Both the position numbers and the translations under genes were made by a program. From assembly GCA_038259365.1 (NCBI GenBank), contig JBBSOW010000001.1, forward strand, positions 910 to 64,909: a stretch of DNA of 64,000 nt, given 5' to 3'. The DNA is from Propionibacteriales bacterium (lineage in GTDB: Bacteria > Actinomycetota > Actinomycetes > Propionibacteriales > Propionibacteriaceae). Positions 36,450-45,068 of the stretch are shown here, piece after piece; positions within the stretch are counted from its first letter, which is position 1; each line of letters opens with the position of its first letter. The notes under the pieces were generated by a model, which searched no databases, was not told where the DNA came from, and saw only the letters and a program-made list of their open reading frames with translations.

Positions 36450-36550
36450 AATCCCTCCCGTGGTTAACAGATGGAGCGGCTAGATTGATTTATACCCACG
36501 CTAATACGTTCCCTTGCCGCGATGCCCACGGGGCGGAGACGAGTCACACC

Positions 36551-36928
36551 ATGGATAGGTGGTTCTTGCTGAACTCGGTAAACATCGGCCTCGTCACAGT
36601 CGTGCAGATCGGTGCGTTCATCCTGCTTCTGGTGCGCGCGAACGGGAAGGCGAGGACGTACGGCGCTGTGGGGGTGGGCTTGTCGATTCTGGCGATCGTT
36701 CCTGTGGTCCTTACGGGTCTGGTTGGTGATCCCACGAGCCTCGGCTTCCTCGTTCTGAGTCTTTTGCCGAAGTTCATGAATCTGGCCGGCTTCGTCCTGC
36801 TGGTCTCGGCCGTGATCTTGGGTTCGCGTGGTGTGACCACCACCGAGACGGATCCGGGCGGTGGAGTCCGCCCGACGCAGGATTACATCCATCAAAACTC
36901 CGGGCAAAACTTTCAACAGTGGGGTTGA
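36551..36928 (+). CDS. Small four-TM membrane protein, hypothetical
   Basis: ATG 36551 (MDRWFLLNSVNIGLVTVVQIGAFILLLV..). Four hydrophobic helices. GC3 is visibly lower than in neighbouring genes. Confidence 0.45.
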   Translation: MDRWFLLNSVNIGLVTVVQIGAFILLLVRANGKARTYGAVGVGLSILAIVPVVLTGLVGDPTSLGFLVLSLLPKFMNLAGFVLLVSAVILGSRGVTTTETDPGGGVRPTQDYIHQNSGQNFQQWG

Positions 36929-36938
36929 GCCCGCTGCT

Positions 36939-37745
36939 TCAGTACGAGGCCCGTTCGTCCCTCTCGCCGGGCGAAGCCCAGCGGGCGGCCAGGGCCTCGG
37001 ACCCGCGAGCCAGTAGGGCCACGTCGGCGCCCACCAGGACGAAGTCGGCCCCTGCCTCGACGTAGGCCTGCGCCGCGGTGGGATCGAAGGCGTTCACCCC
37101 GACCGGCTTCCCCGCACCGGTGACCGCCGCGAAGGCGCGCAACACCGCGGCCGTGACATCCGGGTGAGTTTGCTGGCCGAGCAGCCCCATGGAGGCGGCG
37201 AGATCGCTGGGTCCGACGAAGACGCCATCAACCCCCTCGACGGCGGCGATCTCGGCGGCCGCATCCACCCCCTCGACGGTCTCCACCTGGACGAACACCG
37301 ACACGTGCTCGGCGGCGTCCACCAGGTACCCATCGACGCGGTTCCAGCGCGCCGAGCGGGCCAGCGCCGAACCCACGCCCCGAATACCGCGCGGCGGGTA
37401 GCGGGTGGCGGCCACCGCGGCGCGGGCCTGGGCGGCCGAGGAGATCATCGGCACCAGCAGATTCTGAGCGCCGAGGTCGAGCACCTGCTTGATGAGCACG
37501 GCATCGTCGCCGGGCGTCCGGACGACGGGGGTGCTGGCGGGGTAGCCGGCCACCGCCTGCAGCTGGGCCAGGGTGGACTCCAGCCCGTTGGGGGCGTGCT
37601 CAGTATCGATGAGGATCCAGTCTAGCCCGGCACCGGCGCAGATCTCGGCAATCACCGCGCTGCCGGAGCAGACCCACATCCCGGCGAGCGGCCGGGTGGC
37701 GTCGGCGAGCCGGTCGCGCAGGGTGGGGCTTAGGCGAAGCGGCAC
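36939..37745 (-). CDS. hpaI: 4-hydroxy-2-oxoheptanedioate (HpaI/HpcH) aldolase
   Basis: GMWVCSGSAVIAEICAGAGLDWILIDTEHAPNG and RYPPRGIRGVG are typical of the HpcH/HpaI family. GTG 37745 overlaps the hpaH 3' end. Confidence 0.85.
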   Translation of the reverse strand: MPLRLSPTLRDRLADATRPLAGMWVCSGSAVIAEICAGAGLDWILIDTEHAPNGLESTLAQLQAVAGYPASTPVVRTPGDDAVLIKQVLDLGAQNLLVPMISSAAQARAAVAATRYPPRGIRGVGSALARSARWNRVDGYLVDAAEHVSVFVQVETVEGVDAAAEIAAVEGVDGVFVGPSDLAASMGLLGQQTHPDVTAAVLRAFAAVTGAGKPVGVNAFDPTAAQAYVEAGADFVLVGADVALLARGSEALAARWASPGERDERASY

Positions 37746-38515
37746 GAGATGGTCCCCATCGGTCCGTAGTCGGCGAGGATGCTGTCACCCTTCTCCACCC
37801 ACATCGGCCGGGTGAAGGAGCCGGCGAGCACGATCTCGCCGGCCGCCAACCCGTCCTCGTGCTGGGCCAGCTTGTTGGCCAGCCAGGCGACGCCCGTGGC
37901 CGGGTGGTTCAACACCGCGGCCGCCACCCCGGACTCCTCGATCGTCTCGTTGCGGTACAGCAGCGCCGAGACCCAGCGCAGGTCGATCTCCCCGATCTTC
38001 ATCGGGTTGCCGCCGTAGACCATCCCACCCATGGCCGCGTTGTCGCTGATGGTGTCGACGATGGTGCGGCCCTTCATCTCCAGCCGCGAGGACAGGATCT
38101 CCAGCGCCGGCACCACGTACTCGCATGATCGCAGGACGTCGAAGATCGTCACGTCCGGGCCTTGCAGGGGCGAACCCAGCACGAAGGCGAGCTCCACCTC
38201 GATGCGGACGTTGGAGAACCGGTCGTGCTCGATGACCGAACCGTTCTCGAACACCATGTCGGAGAAGATGGCGCCGTAGTCCGGCTCGGTGATGCCGGTA
38301 GCCACCTGCATCACCTTGCTCGTGAGTCCGATCTTTCGCCCCACGAGCTTGCGCCCCGCCTCGACGCCACGGCGGCGCCACTCGTTTTGCACCGCGTAGG
38401 AATCCTCCACGGTCATCTCGGGGTAGCGGGCCGTCAGCAGCGGGGCGGTGGTTCGATCCCGCTCGGCGGCCGCCAACTCGTCGGCGATGGCGGTGATGGT
38501 CTCCGGTGGCAGCAT
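37730..38515 (-). CDS. hpaH: 2-oxo-hept-4-ene-1,7-dioate hydratase
   Basis: ORF trimmed to ATG 38515 (MLPPETITAIADELAAAERDRTT..YAVQNEWRRRGVEAGRKLVGRKIGLTS), which fits the MhpD/HpaH hydratase family. 261 aa. Confidence 0.8.
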   Translation of the reverse strand: MLPPETITAIADELAAAERDRTTAPLLTARYPEMTVEDSYAVQNEWRRRGVEAGRKLVGRKIGLTSKVMQVATGITEPDYGAIFSDMVFENGSVIEHDRFSNVRIEVELAFVLGSPLQGPDVTIFDVLRSCEYVVPALEILSSRLEMKGRTIVDTISDNAAMGGMVYGGNPMKIGEIDLRWVSALLYRNETIEESGVAAAVLNHPATGVAWLANKLAQHEDGLAAGEIVLAGSFTRPMWVEKGDSILADYGPMGTISCRFA

Positions 38516-38553
38516 CTTCGTCCCTTCTCGATCCTGGCGGTTGAACGCATGGA

Positions 38554-39708
38554 CTAGAGCTGGTGGCCCAGCTTGTACTCGCCTTGCTTGTATTCCGGCA
38601 TCGATGCCTCGTCGTCCTTGCGGGTGTAGGAGAAGCCGTCGGCCCCGATGGTCACGTCCAGCTCGGAGGCATCGGTCCGGTCCACGACGGGCTGCGGGTT
38701 GCCGTCGAGGTCGAGCACGAGCGAGGCGTCGGTGTACCACGAGGGAACGACGGGGTTACCCCACCAATCACGACGCTGGTTGTCGTGCACGTCCCAGGTC
38801 ACTCGAGGGTTGTCTGGATCGCCGGTGTAGTAGTCCTGGGTGTAGATCTCGACGCGGTGCCCGTCGGGATCGCGCAGGTAGAGGTAGAACGCGTTGCTGA
38901 CGCCGTGCCGCCCCGGCCCGCGCTCGATGGCGTCGGAGCGGCGCAAGGCGCCGAGCTTGTCGCAGATCGAGAGGATGTTGTGCTTCTCGTGGGTGGCGAA
39001 GGCCACGTGGTGCATCCGCGGGCCGTTGCCGCCGGTCATGGCGGTGTCGTGCACGGTGGGCTTGCGCCGCATCCAGGCGGCGAACACCGTGCCCTCGTCG
39101 TCTTGGATGTCCTCGGTGACCCGGAAGCCCAGATCCTCCATGTAGGCCACCGCACGCGGGACGTCGGGGGTGACCTGGTTAAAGTGGTCGAGCCGCACCA
39201 GCGCCCCGGGGGTGTAGAGGTCGTAGCGCCAGGCGAGCCGCTCGACGTGTTCGACGTCGTAGAAGAACTCGTAGGGAAAGCCAAGCGGATCCTCCACCCG
39301 CACCGAATCGCCGATGCCGGTGTTCCAGCCGTCGGGATTGCGCTCCACCCGACAGCCGAGCTCGCCGTAGAAGGCCTCCGCCTTGTCCAGATCCTCGGGC
39401 GAGCGCACCCGGTAGGAGAACGCGGCCACGGCGGCCACCGGCCCCTGGCGGAGCACCAGGTTGTGGTGGATGAACTCCTCCAGCGAGCGCAGATAGACGG
39501 TGTTCTCGTCCTCTGTCGTGACGAAGAGGTTCAACACGTCGACGTAGAACGCCCGCGAGGCCGCGAGATCGGTCACGACGATCTCCATGTAGGCGCAGCG
39601 CAGCACGTCCGGCGCCGGCACGGAGGGGGTCGGGATCGGATCGCTCGTCCTGATCGGATCTTCTTCGGTGACCACGGGTTCGGGGGAGTCTGGAGTGATG
39701 ATGCTCAT
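38554..39708 (-). CDS. hpaD: 3,4-dihydroxyphenylacetate (homoprotocatechuate) 2,3-dioxygenase, type I extradiol
   Basis: Strong resemblance to the Brevibacterium/Arthrobacter HPCD/MndD type (RCAYMEIVVTDLAASRAFYVDVLNL.., RLDHFNQVTPDV.., MHHVAF, AFYLYLRDPDGHRVEIYT). AAGGA RBS upstream. Confidence 0.85.
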   Translation of the reverse strand: MSIITPDSPEPVVTEEDPIRTSDPIPTPSVPAPDVLRCAYMEIVVTDLAASRAFYVDVLNLFVTTEDENTVYLRSLEEFIHHNLVLRQGPVAAVAAFSYRVRSPEDLDKAEAFYGELGCRVERNPDGWNTGIGDSVRVEDPLGFPYEFFYDVEHVERLAWRYDLYTPGALVRLDHFNQVTPDVPRAVAYMEDLGFRVTEDIQDDEGTVFAAWMRRKPTVHDTAMTGGNGPRMHHVAFATHEKHNILSICDKLGALRRSDAIERGPGRHGVSNAFYLYLRDPDGHRVEIYTQDYYTGDPDNPRVTWDVHDNQRRDWWGNPVVPSWYTDASLVLDLDGNPQPVVDRTDASELDVTIGADGFSYTRKDDEASMPEYKQGEYKLGHQL

Positions 39709-39758
39709 GTCAGCGTCCTTGCTGTGATGGGTAGTCAGAGTTGCCGGGGAAGGCCTGG

Positions 39759-41297
39759 TCAGTCCTGCTGGCCGAAGACGGGGTTGTGGACCTCGCCGAG
39801 GGTGATGTGGACGGCCTGCTGGTCGGTGTAGAAATCGATGGAGCGGTAGCCGCCCTCGTGGCCGAGCCCGGACGCCTTCACCCCGCCGAAGGGGGTGCGC
39901 AGATCGCGGACGTTGTTGGAGTTCAGCCAGACCATGCCGGCCTCGACGGCCTGGGAGAAGTTGTGGGCCCGCTTGAGGTCGTTGGTCCAGATGTAGGCGG
40001 CCAGGCCGTAGGCGGTGTTGTTGGCCAGCTCGAGCGCCTCCTCGTCGGTCTCGAAGGGGGTGATGGAAACTACGGGACCAAAGATCTCCTCTTGGAAGAT
40101 GCGGGCGTCGGGGGAGACGTCGGCGAAGACGGTGGGGGAGACGAAGTTGCCCTGGTCGAAGCCGTCGGGCCGGCCACCGCCGGCCACGAGCCGGGCCTCG
40201 TTCTTGCCGATCTCGACGTAGCTCATCACCTTCTCGTAGTGCTCGGGGTGCACCAACGCGCCGACCTCGGTGGTGGGATCGTGCGGGTAGCCCACCTTGA
40301 CGCGCTTGGCCTGCGCCGCGTAGCGCTCGACGAACTCGTCGTAGACCTCGCGCTGCACCAGGACGCGGCTACCGGCGGTGCAACGTTCGCCGTTAAGGGA
40401 GAAGACCCCGAACACGGTGGCGTTGATGGCGGTGTCGAGGTCGGCGTCGGCGAAGACGACGGCGGGAGACTTGCCGCCCAGCTCCATCGAGAGGCCCTTG
40501 AGGTAGGGGGCGGCGTTGCCGAAGATGAGCTGGCCGGTGCTGCTCTCGCCGGTGAACGAGATAAGCGGCACGTCCGGGTGCTTGACCAGCGCGTCGCCGG
40601 CGTCCTCGCCGAGCCCGTTGACGAGGTTGAACGCGCCCTTGGGCAGGCCGGCCTCCTCGAAGATGCCCGCCCACAGCGACGCCGAGAGCGGGGTGAACTC
40701 GGCGGGTTTGAGGACCACGGTGTTGCCGGTGGCCAGCGCCGGGCCCAGCTTCCAGGATTCCAGCATGAACGGGGTGTTCCAGGGGGTGATGAGCCCGGCG
40801 ACGCCGATGGGCTTGCGGTTGACGTAGTTGATCTGGCGCCCGGGCACCTTGTAGGTGTCGTCGGATTGGGCGACGATCAGGTCGGCGAAGAAGCGGAAGT
40901 TCTCGGCCGCGCGTCGCGCCTGTCCCAGCGCCTGGGTGATGGGCAGCCCGGAATCGAAGGACTCCAGTTCGGCCAGGCGCGCATCGCGGGACTCCACCAC
41001 GTCGGCGATCTTGTGCAGGATGCGGGAGCGTTCCCGGGGCAGCATCTTGGGCCAGGGGCCTTCGGCGAAGGCGCGCTTAGCCGCCTCGACGGCGGAATCG
41101 ATGTCGGCCTTCTTGCCGGCCGCGCACTGCAGGTAGGTCTCGTTGGAGACCGGGTCGAGCACGTCGAACGTGGCGCCGTCGGCGGAATCGACGAACTCGC
41201 CGTCGATGTAGTGCTGGATCCGGGTGGGCAGATCGGCGGGTCGATAATTCTCGGCGCCGCCTGCCTGCAAGGTGTCGCTCTGGGTGCTCTCGCTCAT
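39759..41297 (-). CDS. hpaE: 5-carboxymethyl-2-hydroxymuconate semialdehyde dehydrogenase
   Basis: ALDH fold with ELGGKSP (Glu) and GERCTAGSR (Cys). It lies next to hpaD. Its start overlaps the GntR stop (ATGA). Confidence 0.85.
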   Translation of the reverse strand: MSESTQSDTLQAGGAENYRPADLPTRIQHYIDGEFVDSADGATFDVLDPVSNETYLQCAAGKKADIDSAVEAAKRAFAEGPWPKMLPRERSRILHKIADVVESRDARLAELESFDSGLPITQALGQARRAAENFRFFADLIVAQSDDTYKVPGRQINYVNRKPIGVAGLITPWNTPFMLESWKLGPALATGNTVVLKPAEFTPLSASLWAGIFEEAGLPKGAFNLVNGLGEDAGDALVKHPDVPLISFTGESSTGQLIFGNAAPYLKGLSMELGGKSPAVVFADADLDTAINATVFGVFSLNGERCTAGSRVLVQREVYDEFVERYAAQAKRVKVGYPHDPTTEVGALVHPEHYEKVMSYVEIGKNEARLVAGGGRPDGFDQGNFVSPTVFADVSPDARIFQEEIFGPVVSITPFETDEEALELANNTAYGLAAYIWTNDLKRAHNFSQAVEAGMVWLNSNNVRDLRTPFGGVKASGLGHEGGYRSIDFYTDQQAVHITLGEVHNPVFGQQD

Positions 41298-42007
41298 GAA
41301 AGGGGACCTCCGGTAGATGGTGTGGAAGAAGAGTCGGTCGCGAATGGTGCCGCCCCTCGATGCAGGGCGGCGAGGTAGGCGTCGATGGTGCGCAGGCGGT
41401 GGTTGCGGAAAGCAATCTCGATCTCGAACGCCTCCCCGCCGCGGCGGATGAGGTCGATGAGATCCTCGTGCTCGCTGACCGAGTGCTGGGCCCGCGAGGG
41501 CACGACGGCAAAGGTGGAATCACGCAGCCGCGACAGTCGGCCCCAGCCGCCGCGCACTAGCTCCAGGATGTGCGGGTTGGGGCACCGCTCGTACAGCACC
41601 GCGTGTAGTTGCCAGTTCAGCTTGGTGAAGGTGTGGGGGTCGAGGTCGTCGAGCAGGGCCCGCATTCGCTGGTTGATGGCGGTGGCCCGGTCGAGGTCGT
41701 CGCCGGTGATGAAACCCAGGGCCAACCCGACGGCCGATCCCTCGACCAGCGCGAGCGTTTGCATCGTGTGCACGTACTCCGCCTCGTCGACGATGGCCAC
41801 ACTCGCGCCGACGTTGTGCTCGTAGGTCACCAACCCTTGCGCTTCCAGCCGGCGGATGGCCTCCCGGACGGGGACCACGCTCATGTCGAGCCGCTCGGCG
41901 ATCCGGCCGAGCACGAGGCGATGGCCGGGACCGAAGACCGAGGACACGATGCGGTCGTGAATCCAGGCGTAGGCCACCTCAGACTTGCTGCTCGCCTCCT
42001 CCACCAT
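41294..42007 (-). CDS. GntR-family (FadR/FCD subfamily) transcriptional regulator
   Basis: ORF 41294..42766 trimmed to ATG 42007. Winged HTH LVLGRIAERLDMSVVPVREAIRRLEAQGLV plus an all-helical FCD-type C-terminus. It is embedded in the hpa operon, with start and stop overlaps on both sides. Confidence 0.8.
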   Translation of the reverse strand: MVEEASSKSEVAYAWIHDRIVSSVFGPGHRLVLGRIAERLDMSVVPVREAIRRLEAQGLVTYEHNVGASVAIVDEAEYVHTMQTLALVEGSAVGLALGFITGDDLDRATAINQRMRALLDDLDPHTFTKLNWQLHAVLYERCPNPHILELVRGGWGRLSRLRDSTFAVVPSRAQHSVSEHEDLIDLIRRGGEAFEIEIAFRNHRLRTIDAYLAALHRGAAPFATDSSSTPSTGGPLS

Positions 42008-43554
42008 CAGGATCGGCTCTGCTCGTAACGCGCCCGCCATTCGGCGTTCATCGGGAACAACCCCTCCACCGGATGCCCGGCGCTCACCTGTTCGGCCACC
42101 CAGCCGTCCTCGGCCTCCTTGGCCAACGCGGCGTCGACGACCTCCTCGGCCAGACCCGGGGGAACGACGATGACGCCGTCGTTGTCGCCGACGATGATGT
42201 CGCCCGGCTGCACCGTGGTGCCGCCGCATCCGATGGTGATGTCGTGGTCCCAGGGCACGTGTTTGCGACCGAGCACGGCGGGATGGGCGCCGTTGGAGAA
42301 CACCGGGATGCCCACCTCGGCGACGGCGTCGTAGTCGCGGACCCCGCCGTCGGTGACGATGCCGGCCGCCGAGCGGGCGTTTGCCCGCAGCGCCAACACG
42401 TCGCCCAGGGTGCCCGAGCCGGGCTCGCCTCGAGCCTCGATGACGATGACCTCGCCTTCGTTGACCGAATCGAAAACGCGCTTCTGGGCGTTGAAACCGC
42501 CGCCGTGGGACTTGAACAGGTCCTCGCGGCTCGGCACGAACCGCAGCGTTTTGGCGGTGCCGATCAGCTTGGCGCCAGGATGCATGGGGCGAACGCCGTC
42601 GATGGTCACGTTGTTGAGGCCGCGGGAACGCAGCTGTTGAGACAGGCCGGCGACCGGAACCCTTTCCAGCTTCTCGCGCAGCTCGGGGGTGAGCGCCGTT
42701 TCCTTGGCGGGGGTCTCGGCGTCCGTGGTCTCGGCCGGCAGGCCCGCGGCCTCTCGCGAGCCCCACGCCTCCGCGCGTTGCATGTCGTCGACGCTAGGGA
42801 GCGAGCCCAGTGCTTCGTCGAACTCGGTGTCGCCCTGGAGGATTGTCGTGACGAGGCGACCCGACGTCGGAGCGCCGGTGGCCTGAGGGGCATCGACCTC
42901 GACCTCCACGACGTCGCCGGGCAGCACCACCGACGACCCCGCAGGAGTACCGGTGAGGATGATGTCGCCGGTTTCGAGGGTGAAGTGCTGGGACAGATCG
43001 GCCACGAACTGTCGGAGGTCGAACAGCAGGCCTTCGGTGGTGTCGTGTTGAACCAGGTCGCCGTTCACCCAGGTGCGCACGCGTAGCGCGGCCGGGTCGA
43101 GGCCCGCTGCCGCGATGAGCTCGGGGCCGATGGGGGTGTAACCGTCGCCGCCCTTCGAGCGGACGTTGGAGCCCTTGTCGTTCGCGCGCAGGTCATAGAG
43201 TCCGAAGTCGTTGGCGGCGGTGACCCATTCGACGTGCTCCCACGCCCGTTCCAGGGCCACGTGACGCGCGGGCTTACCGATGACGAGGGCGATCTCGCCC
43301 TCGAAGGCGAGCAACTCTGTGCCCGCGGGTCGCTTGAGGGTCGCGTTCGTGCCACAGACCGAACTCGATACCTTGAAGAAATACGAAGGATCGGCGGGCC
43401 GTCGGCCGCGTTGATCGGCGCGTGAGGCGTAGCTGAGGTGGACGGCGATGATCTTCCCAGGACGACGGGGCAGGGCGAAGAAGGGGCGGTCCGCCGCCGT
43501 GTTCGCGTTCGAGTTGCCGAGGGGTGCCTCGCCAATGGTTGCGTCGTTGCTCAT
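42007..43554 (-). CDS. hpaG: Fusion protein: FAH-family HpaG-like decarboxylase/isomerase domain + RraA/HMG-CHA-aldolase-like domain
   Basis: ATG 43554 follows AAGGGAG. The N-terminal ~290 aa are FAH fold (FFKVSS.., FEGEIALVIGK.., GDIILTGTPAG). An acidic linker follows. The C-terminal ~220 aa are RraA-like (GTLGDVLALRANARSAAGIVTDGGVRD, GDIIVGDNDGVIVVP). The frame is continuous with no internal stop. Confidence 0.8.
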   Translation of the reverse strand: MSNDATIGEAPLGNSNANTAADRPFFALPRRPGKIIAVHLSYASRADQRGRRPADPSYFFKVSSSVCGTNATLKRPAGTELLAFEGEIALVIGKPARHVALERAWEHVEWVTAANDFGLYDLRANDKGSNVRSKGGDGYTPIGPELIAAAGLDPAALRVRTWVNGDLVQHDTTEGLLFDLRQFVADLSQHFTLETGDIILTGTPAGSSVVLPGDVVEVEVDAPQATGAPTSGRLVTTILQGDTEFDEALGSLPSVDDMQRAEAWGSREAAGLPAETTDAETPAKETALTPELREKLERVPVAGLSQQLRSRGLNNVTIDGVRPMHPGAKLIGTAKTLRFVPSREDLFKSHGGGFNAQKRVFDSVNEGEVIVIEARGEPGSGTLGDVLALRANARSAAGIVTDGGVRDYDAVAEVGIPVFSNGAHPAVLGRKHVPWDHDITIGCGGTTVQPGDIIVGDNDGVIVVPPGLAEEVVDAALAKEAEDGWVAEQVSAGHPVEGLFPMNAEWRARYEQSRS

Positions 43555-43632
43555 GAGCTCCCTTGCCCTTGCGTTGTATCCGAAATCGTATATGATCTCC
43601 CTTATCCCGGCAAGTGTCTCTACGGATCGCCT

Positions 43633-43651
43633 GTCGAAAACGGTTATCGAC
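43633..43651. promoter_or_regulatory. Imperfect palindrome, candidate operator in the hpaG/transporter divergent region
   Basis: GTCGAAAACGGTTATCGAC has 16 of 19 positions self-complementary. It sits directly upstream of the AAGGAG RBS of the transporter gene, in the only AT-richer stretch between the divergent operons. Confidence 0.3.
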
Positions 43652-43664
43652 AAAGGAGTCGCGT

Positions 43665-45050
43665 ATGTCTGAACCTCAGGACCCGACCAGTTCCAGCACC
43701 GGCCACCCCGTCGTCACCGACAGAGAACGGCGCCGCGTCATCTTCGCGACGATCGTCGGAACCACGGTCGAGTGGTACGACTTCTTCATCTACGCCACGG
43801 CCGCCGGACTGGTCTTCAGCCAGCTCTTCTTCTCACCCGCCGGAGAGCAACTGGGGATTCTGCTGTCTTTCGCGACCGTGGGCATCAGCTTCCTCTTCCG
43901 CCCCCTCGGCGCCTTCCTGGCCGGACACTTCGGCGACAAGTACGGCCGCCGCATCGTCTTGATGCTGACGCTGATCCTGATGGGCGCCGCCACCACCCTG
44001 GTCGGCGTGTTGCCCACCTACGATTCCATCGGTATCGCGGCACCGATCCTGTTGATCGTGTTGCGCATCCTCCAGGGCACCTCCGCGGGCGGCGAGTGGG
44101 GTGGCGCGGTCTTGATGTCGGTGGAGCACGCGCCCGATAACAAGCGCGGCATGTTCGGCGCCTCCCCCCAGATCGGCGTTCCGCTCGGCCTCCTGCTGGC
44201 CTCGGGGGTCACCGCGCTGATGACGAGGATCGCTCCCGGCGACGCCTTCCTCGCATGGGGTTGGCGGGTACCGTTCCTGCTCAGCGTCGTTCTGATCGTG
44301 ATCGGCTACTACATCCGTCGCAGGGTGGAGGAGAGCCCGGTCTTCCTCGAGATCGCCGAGCGTCAAGAACAAACCTCCGCGCCCGTAGCCGTGCTGTTTC
44401 GCAAGCACCTACCGCTGGTGATCGTGGCCGCGGTCGTCTTCGCGGGCAACAACGCCGTCGGTTACATGACCACCGGCGGATACATCCAACGATACGCCAC
44501 TAACCCCGACGGCCCCGTCGGGCTCGGCCGCGAAGGCGTGCTGCTGGCCGTGACCGGATCCGCGGTCACCTGGCTCGTTTCGACCTGGATCGGAGGCTGG
44601 GTCTCGGACAAGCTGGGCCGCCGCAACACCTACATCGTCGGCTGGATCCTGCAGCTGATCGGGGTGCTCACGCTCTTCCCACTGGTGAACACCGGGAGCA
44701 TCGGCCTCCTCTTCCTCGGCCTGGCGATCCTGACCGTCGGCCTCGGCTTTACCTACGGGCCTCAAGCGGCCCTGTACGCGGAGCTGTTCCCGGCCTCGAT
44801 CCGGTTCTCGGGGGTCTCGATCTCCTACGCCATCGGCGCGATCCTGGGTGGCGCCTTCGCCCCGACGATCGCGACCGCATTGGTCCAGGCCACGGGCGGA
44901 ACCGGGGCCGTCACGATTTACCTGGCCGGTATGACGCTGCTCGGCCTCATCGCGACCTTGTTGTTGCGCGACCGCAGCCATCTGCCGCTCGGTCCCGACC
45001 ACGAGACCGAACAGTCCAAGAGCCCGATCCGCGGTCTCTCCAAGGCCTAA
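43665..45050 (+). CDS. MFS transporter, metabolite:H+ symporter (MHS) family
   Basis: ATG 43665. GTTVEWYDFFIY and GDKYGRR are hallmarks of MHS carriers. 12 TM helices. Confidence 0.8.
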   Translation: MSEPQDPTSSSTGHPVVTDRERRRVIFATIVGTTVEWYDFFIYATAAGLVFSQLFFSPAGEQLGILLSFATVGISFLFRPLGAFLAGHFGDKYGRRIVLMLTLILMGAATTLVGVLPTYDSIGIAAPILLIVLRILQGTSAGGEWGGAVLMSVEHAPDNKRGMFGASPQIGVPLGLLLASGVTALMTRIAPGDAFLAWGWRVPFLLSVVLIVIGYYIRRRVEESPVFLEIAERQEQTSAPVAVLFRKHLPLVIVAAVVFAGNNAVGYMTTGGYIQRYATNPDGPVGLGREGVLLAVTGSAVTWLVSTWIGGWVSDKLGRRNTYIVGWILQLIGVLTLFPLVNTGSIGLLFLGLAILTVGLGFTYGPQAALYAELFPASIRFSGVSISYAIGAILGGAFAPTIATALVQATGGTGAVTIYLAGMTLLGLIATLLLRDRSHLPLGPDHETEQSKSPIRGLSKA

Positions 45051-45068
45051 AGGACAAGTGAGGAAAGC

